NCBI GenBank assembly: GCA_047615735.1
Contig: JBLHHU010000002.1
Location: 1 to 45,747 of the forward strand
DNA length: 45,747 bases
From: Kiritimatiellia bacterium
Lineage (GTDB): Bacteria > Verrucomicrobiota > Kiritimatiellia > UBA8416 > JAIOPI01
Direction: 5' to 3'
This document shows positions 19,037 through 29,919 of this stretch, piece by piece; position 1 is the first letter of the stretch; each line of letters opens with the position of its first letter. The position numbers and the translations under genes were made by a program. The notes beneath the pieces were generated by a model. It had not been told where the DNA came from. It did no database searches and saw nothing but the letters and a program-made list of their open reading frames with translations.

Positions 19037-20515
19037 CTACCCTTCAGAATGGCGGCCTTCGGGTTGCCCCCGCGCCGACGATAAGGGCTTGAGCTGTGGG
19101 AATAAAATGACGTCACGAATGGCCTCCGCGCCAGAAAAGATCATGAACAGTCTGTCGATACCGACACCCATACCGCCCGCGGGCGGCATGCCGTGTTCAA
19201 GCGCCGTGAGAAAATCTTCATCCAGCTTTTCACGAAATTCGCCAGCCTGACCAGATAAACGAAGACGCTGTTCGATCGGATCATTCATTTCGGTATACCC
19301 GGGCGCGATTTCGCTGCCGCAAATAACCAGTTCAAACACATCGGCGGACTCAGGCTCGTCCTCACACGCTTTGGCCAGCGGAATCAGCGCGGCTGGGACG
19401 CGCGTCACAAACGTGGGGTTCCAGAGCGTCTTTTCAACCAACTTTTCATACACTTCATGCGACACCATCATCATGTCCCATTCGGGATCCAGCGTAAGCC
19501 CCTCGGCTTCGGCCTTGGTGCGTGCGTCCTCGAGAGGAAGGTCGTACCACCCCTCGCCCATACGCTCGATGATGAGCTCCCGATATGTCACTTCACGGAA
19601 AGGAGGCGTGAGATCCAGCGGCTTCTCCTCGGTGCCAACCTGAAGTCCGCCAAACACATTTTCTGCCAGATGCACGATCAAGCCCTCGATCAGACGCTGC
19701 ATGCCGCGTGCATCGGAATAGGCCTGATACACTTCCAGCATCGTAAATTCAGGGTTGTGTGTACGCGACAGGCCTTCGTTGCGGAAATTTCGATTCAGCT
19801 CGAAAACACGATCCATACCCCCGACCAAAAGGCGCTTCAGATAGAGCTCTGGAGCAATACGAAGGAACATGTCCGTCGAGAGCGCTTCGTATCGCGTCAC
19901 AAACGGCCGCGCGGCGGCACCACCTGCCTGTGGTTGCATCATCGGCGTTTCAACTTCGAGGAAGTCCTGTTCACCAAGATAGGCACGCACTTCACGAACC
20001 ATGTGACTACGCTGAATAAAAAGCTCGCGTGAGGGAATATTAGAAATCAAATCAAGGTAGCGCTGACGGTAACGCGCCTCCGTGTCCTGAAGGCCGGCCC
20101 ATTTGTCCGGCAACGGCAGCAAGGCCTTGGACAACAGAGACCAGGTCGACACTTTGATGGTCGATTCACCCGTGCGCGTCGTAAAGAGCGCGCCTTCGAC
20201 ACCGACGTGGTCACCCATATCGAGAAGCTTGAATGCATCGAACGCGGCTTCGCCAATTGCTTTTTTGGCAATAAAGACCTGAAAGCGATCCGAACCATCA
20301 CGGATATCGGCAAATATGCTCTTGCCCATGTCCCTGACGGTCATGAGGCGACCTGCCGCCCGAACCTGACGTTCCTCTTCAAAATCGGCCCGAATGGCAC
20401 CTAGATTGGCGGAGATTTCGAAGGCGTGTCCGAAGGGCGTATACCCAAGCTCCTTGAGCGCAGCCATATTATCAAGACGCTGCTGTCGATATTCGTTTTC
20501 AGTCTGTGTATCCAT
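19037..20515 (-). CDS. lysS: Lysine--tRNA ligase, class II
   Basis: 492 aa. N-terminal OB anticodon-binding region, motif 2 FRNEGLSRTHNPEFTMLE and motif 3 PPAGGMGVGIDRL. AAGGAG SD. The stop lies 6 nt before the lolC/E ATG. Confidence 0.95.
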   Translation of the reverse strand: MDTQTENEYRQQRLDNMAALKELGYTPFGHAFEISANLGAIRADFEEERQVRAAGRLMTVRDMGKSIFADIRDGSDRFQVFIAKKAIGEAAFDAFKLLDMGDHVGVEGALFTTRTGESTIKVSTWSLLSKALLPLPDKWAGLQDTEARYRQRYLDLISNIPSRELFIQRSHMVREVRAYLGEQDFLEVETPMMQPQAGGAAARPFVTRYEALSTDMFLRIAPELYLKRLLVGGMDRVFELNRNFRNEGLSRTHNPEFTMLEVYQAYSDARGMQRLIEGLIVHLAENVFGGLQVGTEEKPLDLTPPFREVTYRELIIERMGEGWYDLPLEDARTKAEAEGLTLDPEWDMMMVSHEVYEKLVEKTLWNPTFVTRVPAALIPLAKACEDEPESADVFELVICGSEIAPGYTEMNDPIEQRLRLSGQAGEFREKLDEDFLTALEHGMPPAGGMGVGIDRLFMIFSGAEAIRDVILFPQLKPLSSARGQPEGRHSEG

Positions 20516-20792
20516 GAACCGATATACTCCTTAAAATGAGGCCCCCGAGATTGGGATTTCAGCCCCGTATTGTCCAGCACTTTGTTGGAAATCATCCAGT
20601 TTACGTTCGCGAGTTCGATCACACAATGAGACCGCGGCGCGCTGATATCCACCACGCCCACGTACAGGAGCGGCAAGCCTGTCGCCGCATGATATGCGAC
20701 GCCTCTCACAGAACGGAAAGCAAACTTCTTTATTGATCCGTCCCCGCCTCCAACGTAACACTTACCTGATCTTAACCCGAACAAGGAGAATC

Positions 20793-21785
20793 ATGGCCAG
20801 ACCCGTAACACTATTTACCGGACAATACGCAGACATTCCACTCGAAGAACTCGCCCCAAAAGCGGCGTCCTGGGGATACGATGGACTTGAACTCGCATGT
20901 TGGGGTGATCACGTCGATGTCACCCGCGCAGCGCGCGACCTCAAATACGCCAAGAGCCGCAAAGAGCTACTTGCGGACAACGGGCTCGGCCTGTATGCCA
21001 TCAGTAACCATCTTGCGGGCCAACTCGTGTGTGACCCGAACGACGATTCACGCTCAGACATGTTCGCCCCCGAAGCGACGCATGGCGATCCTGAGAAGAA
21101 GCGCAAATGGGCCGTCAAAGAAATGAAAAACACAGCCAAAGCCGCCAAAAACATAGGTGTCAAAGTTGTCAACGGCTTCACCGGCTCTTCCATCTGGCAC
21201 ATGCTTTACAGTTTCCCGCCAGTCAGCGACAAGATGATTGACGATGGATTCAAGCATTTCGCAAAAATGTGGAACCCCATCCTGGATGAATTTGACAAAT
21301 GCAATGTTCGCTTTGCCCTTGAAGTTCACCCCACCGAGATCGCCTTTGACATCGTGACGGCGCGGCGCGCGCTGAAAGCCGTCAAAAATCGCAAGGCCTT
21401 CGGTTTCAACTTTGACCCGAGTCATCTGCACTGGCAGATGGTGGATCCCGTTCGCTTCCTGCAAGCCTTTCCCAAACGCATTTATCATGTGCACGTGAAA
21501 GATGCGGCCATCACGCTGGATGGTGAAACCGGCATACTCGCCTCGCACTTGAACTTTGGAACACCTGGACGCGGATGGGACTTCCGTAGCCCAGGTCGTG
21601 GCGGCGTCGATTTCGAAGAAATCACACGCACCTTGAACCACCTTGGCTATAGCGGTCCTCTATCGGTAGAGTGGGAGGACGCCGCTATGGATCGTGAATA
21701 TGGTGCAGCTGAAGCTTGCGAATTTGTGCGCGGGCTCGACTTCCCTGAATCCAACCGTGTTTTCGACGAAGCCTTTAGCGAATAA
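20793..21785 (+). CDS. Sugar phosphate isomerase/epimerase (xylose-isomerase-like TIM barrel)
   Basis: 330 aa from ATG 20793, which is preceded by AAGGAG. The ORF-track start at 20694 lacks an SD. Blocks [30 protein letters not shown] and SVEWED are typical of the AP-endonuclease-2/XylA-like TIM family. Confidence 0.82.
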   Translation: MARPVTLFTGQYADIPLEELAPKAASWGYDGLELACWGDHVDVTRAARDLKYAKSRKELLADNGLGLYAISNHLAGQLVCDPNDDSRSDMFAPEATHGDPEKKRKWAVKEMKNTAKAAKNIGVKVVNGFTGSSIWHMLYSFPPVSDKMIDDGFKHFAKMWNPILDEFDKCNVRFALEVHPTEIAFDIVTARRALKAVKNRKAFGFNFDPSHLHWQMVDPVRFLQAFPKRIYHVHVKDAAITLDGETGILASHLNFGTPGRGWDFRSPGRGGVDFEEITRTLNHLGYSGPLSVEWEDAAMDREYGAAEACEFVRGLDFPESNRVFDEAFSE

Positions 21786-21800
21786 ACACCCCCATCGCGT

Positions 21801-21841
21801 AAGGCGCCTCGGCCACCAGCCAGGGCGCCTTTTGCGTTTTA
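21801..21841 (+). terminator. Rho-independent terminator
   Basis: AAGGCGCC (21801-21808) pairs with GGCGCCTT (21824-21831) across a 15-nt loop and is followed by TTGCGTTTT. It lies 15 nt after the stop of the isomerase gene. Confidence 0.65.
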
Positions 21842-21881
21842 TGCCTCGAACGTCGAACGGCAACTTGGAAGGAGCGCGCAC

Positions 21882-23552
21882 ATGACACGGACGATGGCGA
21901 TGAACACCATGCGAACCGTCATGCTGCTGCTCGTTGCGATAGCGCTGCGTCTGGACGCACAGGCCGCGGACGGTTTTCAATTTCTAAAGAGCACTGAATT
22001 ACCCAACATCGGCTTACGCCTTCGTCCACCGTCGGGTGCCCGTGAAAAGCCGTTGGCACCACCCCGCATTTACACATACGAACTGAAATCACAGACGGGT
22101 ACACAGCGACTCGAACGCTTCAGCCCGCGTGAGCTATGGATTGCCGACCATCACGCGAGCGAATGGGAAGATAAAGCCGGAAACGGACTGATGTTGTCGA
22201 CGTTGAAATACAACCGGCCATCTGGATTTCAGCACGAGCATGTCGATGTCGCGCAGTATCGACAGAAAGTCCCAAGTGGGGCGTCATCCGAAACCTGGTC
22301 ACCGGAGCAAGCGCTCCGGTGGGTTCGTGATTATACGGGCGACACCGCTGTTGAATGCAATATAGCGCGGGCAACCAGCACACGACTCGAATCGCTGTAC
22401 ACACTGACATTCACCGGGCAAAGCAAATATTTCGTCGGTTACCTTTTTCGATTAAAGAAAGGGGCCACACCGGGAGCGGCTGGTAAACGGAACTGGTATT
22501 TGGCGGTATTCAAACTGAGTCCCTCAGCGAAAAAGGACAAGGCACTCCAGGAAATCAACCGTCGCTTCCTGCCCTACATCGCAGGCACGGGGCTGAAGTC
22601 AAAGGTCGCCTCAGGACCCTCCAGGCATTTTCAGGATCGGCGCACGAAAAAACCCACAACAGAGCGTTCGGCCGCATACCAGAAGAGCCGCAAACAGGTT
22701 GGCGACAGTATCCAGAATTTACAAAATTGGTGGTACGTCGAAACGGCAAACTACATCTTGCTTTCGAATCTTGATACCAGCTATCGCAACATGGTCAAGG
22801 AGCTTCAGTCCGACCTAGAAGCTCTGCGCAGTGTGTACGAAAAATTGGTTCCGGCCCGCCGTCCGATCGAGGCCGTTAGTGTGATCCGCATCTTTGCGAC
22901 AGAGACGGAATATGTAAACTACGTCGACAAAGACTTTAAATGGAGCATTGGGCTATGGATGGGCACCCACAAAGAACTTGTTGTTCGTCCTTTCGACAAA
23001 GGCAGCACGTCCAACGAAAAGCAACAGATCAAGAAGACCACCTACCACGAAGCGTTTCATCAGTACCTGCACTATGCCCTTGATCAGGAATCCTGCGCGG
23101 CCTGGTTTAACGAAGGTCACGCGTCCCTGTTTGAAAGCGTCGCCATTAGCCGGAAAAGCATTCAACTTCTGGAAAGCCCGAACAAACTCAAAACCGTTAA
23201 ATACTTGATCGCCAATGACCTACTTGACCTAAAAGCACTCGTAAATTCTGACTACGCTTCTTTCTACGGCAACGATGACGAGACACGTGCAAAAAACTAT
23301 GCCGTCTCTTGGGCACTATGCTATTTCCTCAGGAAGCATGCCGATCCGCGCCGCATCGCGCCCTATGCCGGCATCGCAGACAACTACGTCGAAGCTTTTA
23401 TGACGTCCGGCTCCGCCGACGAAGCAACGCAGATCGTTTTTGCAGATATAGACATGGCGAAACTTGAGAAAGATTTCCGCGCATTCTGGCAAAGTACAAA
23501 CGACCGCTCCAAGGCGAATCGTTTTCACGCACTGGATCGCCTGAAACCCTGA
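21882..23552 (+). CDS. Secreted putative zinc metallopeptidase (HExxH; resembles DUF1570/peptidase-MA-like proteins)
   Basis: 556 aa. GGAAGGAG SD, signal peptide MAMNTMRTVMLLLVAIALRLDAQA, HExxH as YHEAFHQYLH, and a candidate third ligand in WFNEGHASLFE. Confidence 0.65.
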   Translation: MTRTMAMNTMRTVMLLLVAIALRLDAQAADGFQFLKSTELPNIGLRLRPPSGAREKPLAPPRIYTYELKSQTGTQRLERFSPRELWIADHHASEWEDKAGNGLMLSTLKYNRPSGFQHEHVDVAQYRQKVPSGASSETWSPEQALRWVRDYTGDTAVECNIARATSTRLESLYTLTFTGQSKYFVGYLFRLKKGATPGAAGKRNWYLAVFKLSPSAKKDKALQEINRRFLPYIAGTGLKSKVASGPSRHFQDRRTKKPTTERSAAYQKSRKQVGDSIQNLQNWWYVETANYILLSNLDTSYRNMVKELQSDLEALRSVYEKLVPARRPIEAVSVIRIFATETEYVNYVDKDFKWSIGLWMGTHKELVVRPFDKGSTSNEKQQIKKTTYHEAFHQYLHYALDQESCAAWFNEGHASLFESVAISRKSIQLLESPNKLKTVKYLIANDLLDLKALVNSDYASFYGNDDETRAKNYAVSWALCYFLRKHADPRRIAPYAGIADNYVEAFMTSGSADEATQIVFADIDMAKLEKDFRAFWQSTNDRSKANRFHALDRLKP

Positions 23553-23629
23553 ACCACCATCCTAGCCCACGAGACAACATTATCGACACCAACATAATCA
23601 CACTCGAACAGATCGTTGGATTTGCGTTC

Positions 23630-24436
23630 ATGATGCTGATTCTCGGCGGCGTGTACGTCAACTTTAGATGGTTAACGACGCGCCGAGAACCATTATGGCC
23701 GCCATCAACACCGTCCTGGCTCCCGACAAACCCCTTCATCGGGCTGGACGCACTTCACCTGGCCGCATTCATCATTCTCATCGAAATGGTTTTAGCCCTA
23801 TCGGCAAACCTCCTCCTTCGCACCGAAATAGTGGATGAAGACCTGATAACAAAAATGGCTATGTTACTTGAAGGAATTGCTATTCCTGTTGCGGCGTACG
23901 TGTTCATACGTTTCACCCTCAAGCATCGCGGCGCCACCTGGCGGCAAGCCTTTACGCCCATCCAGCGAGAGGCCGCCCATATTGTTCGCTTCGGACTGCA
24001 TGGTTACTTGGCTATGCTCCCTACAACGATTGCCGTTGCACTCGCAGCGACAGCCGCATTGCACCAAATGGGTCTCGACGTGCATGCACAGCCGGTTATC
24101 GAGCTACTGGGAGACACCAACCTCCCCACATACCTCCGCGTAAGCATTTCACTGATGGCATTGTTAACGGCTCCCATTATCGAAGAACTCGTTTTCCGAG
24201 GCATCGCCCTACCCGGCTTAATGAAACATACATCAACGACGTTTGCCGTTGTCGCGGTGTCGGCAATTTTTGCACTTATCCACTTCCACCTACCCTCGGC
24301 GCCCGCGCTTTTCGTTATCGCACTTGCCTGCTCCATCGCCTACCTGAAGACAGGAAACATCCTCGTCCCCATGGTGATGCACGCGACATTTAACGCCACC
24401 ACGCTGGCCTCACTCCTTCTTCAGGGGCTAGAATAG
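23630..24436 (+). CDS. CPBP-family (CAAX/Abi) intramembrane glutamic metalloprotease
   Basis: Polytopic membrane protein with the three CPBP motifs EELVFRG, FALIHF and HATFN. Confidence 0.85.
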   Translation: MMLILGGVYVNFRWLTTRREPLWPPSTPSWLPTNPFIGLDALHLAAFIILIEMVLALSANLLLRTEIVDEDLITKMAMLLEGIAIPVAAYVFIRFTLKHRGATWRQAFTPIQREAAHIVRFGLHGYLAMLPTTIAVALAATAALHQMGLDVHAQPVIELLGDTNLPTYLRVSISLMALLTAPIIEELVFRGIALPGLMKHTSTTFAVVAVSAIFALIHFHLPSAPALFVIALACSIAYLKTGNILVPMVMHATFNATTLASLLLQGLE

Positions 24437-24504
24437 GCCCGAGGCCTTTCGAGCCACATGCACTCTTGCCGCCACTTTCGCAAGCTGCTACCGTTATTCT
24501 TCTG

Positions 24505-25440
24505 ATGAGAAAGCATGCGACAATTTTTTGGGTCTTGGCACTCTGGGCGGGTTGGACGCACGCAGAAATTGTCACGCTTCGTGGTGGGGCAGTCATCGAC
24601 GCGCCGCTTCTTAAACGCGACAACGACCAAATCGTCGTCGACATCGGCCACAGCGCAATTACGATACCGATGGCGCAGGTCCTCGACATTCGCAAGCACG
24701 ACTCTGACGCAAACACCACGCTATCCGACACCGCCGCGGACCAAATCTACTCAACAAAACCTCTCAAGCGGGCGACGACAGAAAAAGCGGCTCGGACATT
24801 CTCACCTGCCGTCATTCTCGTGCGTAGCCCCGGCGGACTGGGTTCCGGCTTTTTCGTCAATGACGAGGGCTATTTGATCACGAACTTTCATGTCATTCGC
24901 GGTGAAAAGCGAATATCGGTTACGCGCTTTGAGCGCAAGGGCCCCGTCCTCAATAGGATCATCTACGACGACGTCGAGATTGTTGCTACGGACCCCTTTC
25001 ACGATCTGGCTGTCCTCAAGGTCACACCGAAAAACAAAAACGACATATTTACGTCTGTCGTGCTTTCTGCGAACAAAAAGGCGACCTTCGGCGAAAGCGT
25101 ATTCGTGATTGGCAACCCGCTCGGCCTGGAACGATCCATTACCAAGGGTGTGCTCAGTCAGGTCGCACGAAACTTCTCAGGCAGCCTTTACCTTCAAGTC
25201 GACGCATCCGTAAACCCTGGCAACAGTGGCGGGCCGCTCTTTAACGAACGCGGTCAAGTTATCGGCGTGATCAACATGGGCGTCCCGGCCATGCAAGGGC
25301 TGAACTTCGCCATTCCAATTCGCCATGTTAAGTTTCTACTGGAGAACTTGGATGCCTACACCTACGACCAGTCAAACCCTGAGTCCGGATTTGTATACCC
25401 AGACCCACCGCCTCGATTTATGAAAACCAATAAGGAGTAG
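24505..25440 (+). CDS. Secreted trypsin-like serine protease (S1C/HtrA-like core, no PDZ domain)
   Basis: Signal peptide MRKHATIFWVLALWAGWTHA. The catalytic triad context is GSGFFVNDEGYLITNFHV (His), HDLAVLKV (Asp) and GNSGGPLF (Ser). ATG 24505 is preferred over the TTG at 24466. Confidence 0.85.
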   Translation: MRKHATIFWVLALWAGWTHAEIVTLRGGAVIDAPLLKRDNDQIVVDIGHSAITIPMAQVLDIRKHDSDANTTLSDTAADQIYSTKPLKRATTEKAARTFSPAVILVRSPGGLGSGFFVNDEGYLITNFHVIRGEKRISVTRFERKGPVLNRIIYDDVEIVATDPFHDLAVLKVTPKNKNDIFTSVVLSANKKATFGESVFVIGNPLGLERSITKGVLSQVARNFSGSLYLQVDASVNPGNSGGPLFNERGQVIGVINMGVPAMQGLNFAIPIRHVKFLLENLDAYTYDQSNPESGFVYPDPPPRFMKTNKE

Positions 25441-25444
25441 TACG

Positions 25445-27217
25445 TTGTTCAAACACATCACCAATCCGTTCGCCAAGAGCACCTTTGGAGCCCTGCTCCT
25501 TCTAACCGTGCTCACCATACCGTCCAGCACGTTTGCACTCGACAGGGCAGAGCTGCTACCCAAAGAAACGACCTTCACCATTCGCATCGCCAATATGAAC
25601 GATATGGTGTCGGCCCTCACAAACGCCCCCGTCGCTCAAATGTGGCAAGCGAAAGCGTTTCAAGACTTTGTCGGCAACGTTGATCTCCGGGAAGCCTACC
25701 TCGAACAGGAAACACGCAAAGTAGGAAACCGCGAAGCCGCGGAACTTCAACTTGAGGAACTTGGCATGCTCACAGGCGAAGTCATCGTCGGCATTATTGC
25801 CAGCGACGCCGACACCTTTAGCTACAAAGCCGTTGCGCATCTCAACAAGGACGACTACCAGAAAAGCCTGGATATGGATCGCAGAATCGATGAACTCGGC
25901 AAAAACGATACGACATTCATCAACCATGATTTTCAAGGTGAACAGATCGTCGAATCGCGCAGCGTTGGTGAAGATCCGGAATCCCCGGAAACATCGTTTC
26001 AATCACACATGGGTGAAACCTTACTGCTGTCGGACGATCGCGAATGGGTCGAAGCGACATTGCTTAAGCTCCGCGGCGTGGCGCCTGATGAACCCGAGGG
26101 CGAAACACCGGGCCTCACGGTCAATGTTGACGCCCGGGCAATTGCAGACCTTATACAGAAACAGTTCGATAACGCTGTCGCCAACGCCCCACAAGGCGAT
26201 GCCGGCGCAGCGCCTAAAGCACAACCCGGCGCCCTCATGGAGGCGCTTGGCCTGCACCAACTAGGCAACGCGCTCTTTTCACTCGAACTGCACGACGAAA
26301 AACTCATTTTCAAATCAAACGTGCTTGTCGGCAATGATCTAAACGGCCTCTTGTCCTTGCTTGATGTTCGCCCTGTTGACGCGATCACGCCGTTACCCTA
26401 CCTGCAGGATGACATCTTCCTTGCCATGCACGCACGCTATGATATCGCCGCCCTCTGGAACGAGGTGCCCAACATCATGCGCAAGGTCGCACCGGGCTCC
26501 GAAATGATGCTCGGCATGGTTGCCATGTCCATGGGCGGAACCGATCCGGGGCGAGACGTTTTCGCTCATCTCGACACCACCTACTCGCGAATCGGACGCC
26601 TTAAGGACGGCGTCCCGGAAGAGCTCCTTTTGTGGCGCTTGAACAACGCTGATGCCTTACGTCAAACTCTGGATGCGATCATGGCCGAAGGGAAACCCTT
26701 ACGCACGCAACTCGGCGAAGCGCTCGAAGTCGACGCTTTCCGGGATCGCACCATTTATACATTTCCCGACACAAACACAGGACGCCGCTCTGGCGTGGCT
26801 GTAACCGAAGACCACCTCCTCTTCGGCTCGGCAGACATGATTCGCGCCTCCATCCAATCGCTTGATCAATCTGAAACAAAAAGTCCCTTCATGTCTTCAA
26901 CGACGTACAACCGTCTTCTACGCCTTGCCCCAAGACAATCCTTTGCGGTCGGCATCGTCGATTGGAAACGTCTCGTGGACCACGCCCTGAACAGCTCCGC
27001 AGACAACGAGACCGGCTTACCTATTTTTAAACAATTACAAATGGCTGCAGCAAATGCCGAAGGATTCAAAGACAGTATTTGGGCAAACATCAACTGGAAC
27101 AAATTTCCTCCGGCGCCGTTTTTCGCGCGTCACCTCGGCCCCTCTCTGACCTTTAGTGAAGCCAAAAAGGGCACACTGGAAAGTCAATTCATCGTCTATT
27201 ACCCGGAATCACGATAG
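25445..27217 (+). CDS. Hypothetical secreted protein
   Basis: 590 aa. TTG start 7 nt after AAGGAG and only 4 nt after the protease stop (translational coupling). Signal peptide FGALLLLTVLTIPSSTFA. No catalytic motif recognised. Confidence 0.7.
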   Translation: MFKHITNPFAKSTFGALLLLTVLTIPSSTFALDRAELLPKETTFTIRIANMNDMVSALTNAPVAQMWQAKAFQDFVGNVDLREAYLEQETRKVGNREAAELQLEELGMLTGEVIVGIIASDADTFSYKAVAHLNKDDYQKSLDMDRRIDELGKNDTTFINHDFQGEQIVESRSVGEDPESPETSFQSHMGETLLLSDDREWVEATLLKLRGVAPDEPEGETPGLTVNVDARAIADLIQKQFDNAVANAPQGDAGAAPKAQPGALMEALGLHQLGNALFSLELHDEKLIFKSNVLVGNDLNGLLSLLDVRPVDAITPLPYLQDDIFLAMHARYDIAALWNEVPNIMRKVAPGSEMMLGMVAMSMGGTDPGRDVFAHLDTTYSRIGRLKDGVPEELLLWRLNNADALRQTLDAIMAEGKPLRTQLGEALEVDAFRDRTIYTFPDTNTGRRSGVAVTEDHLLFGSADMIRASIQSLDQSETKSPFMSSTTYNRLLRLAPRQSFAVGIVDWKRLVDHALNSSADNETGLPIFKQLQMAAANAEGFKDSIWANINWNKFPPAPFFARHLGPSLTFSEAKKGTLESQFIVYYPESR

Positions 27218-27247
27218 GGACACAGGGCCGTAACGACCCGTACTGCA

Positions 27248-29488
27248 ATGCGCCGCCAAAACAATTCAATCTTAGCGTGGGCACGAGGCATTCAGACGCT
27301 TGTCTGGTGCGCTTTACTCGCGCACCAACCCGTGCACGCCGCCGACAATGAGGCACCCCTCAGGACATTCGGCTATCAGCCACTCGAAATTTACGAATTC
27401 GCCAATGGTACGACACGACTTCGACTAGCTGACATCAATACCGACGGCCGCGATGATGTTGCGTTCGCAAACAACTACGAATCACGCATCGAAATACTGC
27501 TCCGTCGCGACGCACCCGTTCTAGGCAAAGGAGAACTCCCTTCCCTTGACGAAACGTTTAGCGAGGTGGGCTTCATCATCGACAACGCGGTCAGTGATTT
27601 CCAGATCGGGGATCTCGACAATGACGGCAAACCCGACATTGTCACGCTTGGCCCCGCTTTTGGCATCGAGTTTCACAAACAAACCGATGATGAAGGCTTT
27701 CAAGATCCGGTTCGCTATTCGATCGACGACCCAACAACCGCCTTCGAACTGCATTTGACCCAATTGGATGAGCACGACGGAATCGATATGATTGTCGCGC
27801 ACCAAAACGGCGCGGAGATTCTTTGGTCCGACAGCGAAACCACATTTAAGACGAGAACGCACCTTACCTTTGCTGAGCCACGCTGCCGCCATATATCCAC
27901 CGCAGACGTCAATGGCGATGCACGCAAGGACCTGCTCTTCTTTTTCCCTGGAACGGACTTGCCCCTACGTATTCGGCTAAACAAGGGAAACCGCACCTTT
28001 GGGGCCGAACACCCATTGCCGATGCCGAAAGGACGCCACTATGGCGTGCTCCCGACCATTCTCGACACGCCCGGTGTTGGCTGTGTGCTCCAGAACGGGA
28101 AAATTTTTCGCATCTATGGCATCACATCCGGTGCCGAGGAGGCCGCACGTACCAGCACGAGTACCAGAATCCCCATGCGTATTCCGCTCGAAGGAACCGA
28201 CGAAAAATCACCCGTCGCGTGGGACAGCTTTGACATCAACCACGACGGTTTCGATGACCTTTGCGTCGCGGCCCCACAACTGAGTCAAATCCATATCTAC
28301 ATGGGAAACGCAGAAGGCCTGAGTGCAACGCCCCTACATATCGACTCTTTAACAGGGATTGCTTCTCTGAAATTCAACGCAGCAGGCGACCTTGTTGTGC
28401 TCAGTCCTACAGAGCGTATCCTCGCGGTACATCAGGCCGCCTCCATGACCAACGCTTTCCCTGACGTGATTGATCTGGAGGGTCAACCTGTCGCGTTCGG
28501 CCATTCTCAAAACGGCGGCCCCCTCTATAGCGTGACGCGCCAAAAGCGCGACTACACACTCGTCACGATTGATGCATCCTCCCGAGAAGTTCTCGAAAAA
28601 CGCCCCATTTCGCTTCGCAACGATCCCGCGACCATCATGCCGATCCCCCTTTCGACCAACACCAACGGCTTAGTCTTTTTCCAGCCCTATCAGGCACCCG
28701 TCATGTTCTCTGTCTCGCCAACGGAAATAACGGAAATACCCGTATCGAATTTCCGTGCACTCACGGAAACCCTGAATGCTAATGCATTTGCTCTCGTTCC
28801 CGAATCTTCCCCAACCAAAATTCTTGTCGCCAACAAGAAAGTTGCTCGAATGTACGAATGGCAGAACGATCGATTCGAAATTGTCCAACAATTCAATCCG
28901 CACAGCGCACAGGCCGACTTGAGCAGTGTGGCCGCATTTCATACGCCCAATCCTGAATCCGTGATGTTTTTCGAAAGCTCCCAGAACCGCATCCTCACCT
29001 ACGCCGCAACAGGCGGAGAGCCTCAATCGCAAATCTTACGCGGCGAAGCCGCAGGCATTCGCGCAATCACCACCCTTCGCAGGGAGGGCGGCGAGCCGAT
29101 CACGGTCCTCGTTGGACAGAAGGAGCTATACCTGCTTGCGGACCACGAAAACAGCCTCACGCTTGAACCTGCCGCTGAATATGCGACAGAAGCCGAATCG
29201 CCTTCACTACGCTATTTTCGCGCCATTACAACCGGAGCGAATGCCACTCCAATGATTGGACTAATCGATAGTGGAAATCGTGCCATTGAGATACTTACTT
29301 ACCGGAACAAACAGCTCGAGTGCGCGCTTACCGCTGAAGTATTTCAAGTGTCGGCCTTCAATAACGGTGACGCCGCAACGGCGGCCACGGAGCCGCATGC
29401 CTTGGTCGCGGGTGACGTTAATGGCGACGGGATCAGCGATCTCATCTGCCTGGTGCACGACAAATTGATCATCTACCTAGGCGAATAA
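27248..29488 (+). CDS. Secreted FG-GAP/VCBS-repeat (beta-propeller) protein
   Basis: 746 aa with a signal peptide ending PVHAAD. Repeated Ca-binding-like DxDxDG motifs: DINTDGRDDV, GDLDNDGKPDIV, DVNGDARKDL, DINHDGFDDL, GDVNGDGISDL. Confidence 0.8.
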   Translation: MRRQNNSILAWARGIQTLVWCALLAHQPVHAADNEAPLRTFGYQPLEIYEFANGTTRLRLADINTDGRDDVAFANNYESRIEILLRRDAPVLGKGELPSLDETFSEVGFIIDNAVSDFQIGDLDNDGKPDIVTLGPAFGIEFHKQTDDEGFQDPVRYSIDDPTTAFELHLTQLDEHDGIDMIVAHQNGAEILWSDSETTFKTRTHLTFAEPRCRHISTADVNGDARKDLLFFFPGTDLPLRIRLNKGNRTFGAEHPLPMPKGRHYGVLPTILDTPGVGCVLQNGKIFRIYGITSGAEEAARTSTSTRIPMRIPLEGTDEKSPVAWDSFDINHDGFDDLCVAAPQLSQIHIYMGNAEGLSATPLHIDSLTGIASLKFNAAGDLVVLSPTERILAVHQAASMTNAFPDVIDLEGQPVAFGHSQNGGPLYSVTRQKRDYTLVTIDASSREVLEKRPISLRNDPATIMPIPLSTNTNGLVFFQPYQAPVMFSVSPTEITEIPVSNFRALTETLNANAFALVPESSPTKILVANKKVARMYEWQNDRFEIVQQFNPHSAQADLSSVAAFHTPNPESVMFFESSQNRILTYAATGGEPQSQILRGEAAGIRAITTLRREGGEPITVLVGQKELYLLADHENSLTLEPAAEYATEAESPSLRYFRAITTGANATPMIGLIDSGNRAIEILTYRNKQLECALTAEVFQVSAFNNGDAATAATEPHALVAGDVNGDGISDLICLVHDKLIIYLGE

Positions 29489-29512
29489 CCTCGAGCGCGC
29501 ACGAGACGACGT

Positions 29513-29543
29513 GCAAAAAAAATAGACCCCCTGCGCGGAGGCC
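29513..29543 (-). terminator. Possible intrinsic terminator after ppiC
   Basis: The minus strand reads GGCCTCC-GCGCA-GGGGGTC (7 bp including two G-U pairs) followed by TATTTTTTTT. The stem is weak. Confidence 0.4.
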
Positions 29544-29574
29544 TACCTTTTGTTCACAGAATGTACCTTGTGCA

Positions 29575-29856
29575 TCAGTCCGTACGCATTGTGACTTCCA
29601 ACAGGTGATATCCAAATTGCGTTTTAATCGGCCCCTGCACTTCGCCAACCGTTCCGTTAAAAACAGCTTGGTCGAATTCAGGCACCATCTGGCCAGGACC
29701 AAACTCTCCCAAATCACCACCGCTCTGGCCGGACGGGCATTGCGAGTGTGTTTTTGCCAACTCAGCGAAATCCGCCCCACCTTGAATCTGGGTCAACAGA
29801 TCGGTGCAGGTGTCTTCAGCAGGAACGAGAATGTGACGTGCGGCAGCTTTAGCCAT
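29575..29856 (-). CDS. ppiC: Parvulin-type peptidyl-prolyl cis-trans isomerase (Par10/PpiC)
   Basis: 93 aa: ARHILV...[23 protein letters not shown]...[14 protein letters not shown]. Confidence 0.92.
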   Translation of the reverse strand: MAKAAARHILVPAEDTCTDLLTQIQGGADFAELAKTHSQCPSGQSGGDLGEFGPGQMVPEFDQAVFNGTVGEVQGPIKTQFGYHLLEVTMRTD

Positions 29857-29919
29857 TACGGATCTCCAATGCGTTAGTATTGATAATAGTTCTAGTGACG
29901 CGCCCGCGCTGGCACGGCG

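Noticed and set aside
20516-20792. 277-bp lysS/isomerase divergent spacer as a possible riboswitch or T-box leader for lysS
   Set aside because: I could not find a specifier/T-box motif, L-box-like conserved helices, or a terminator/antiterminator pair by eye. A covariance-model scan (Rfam) would be needed.
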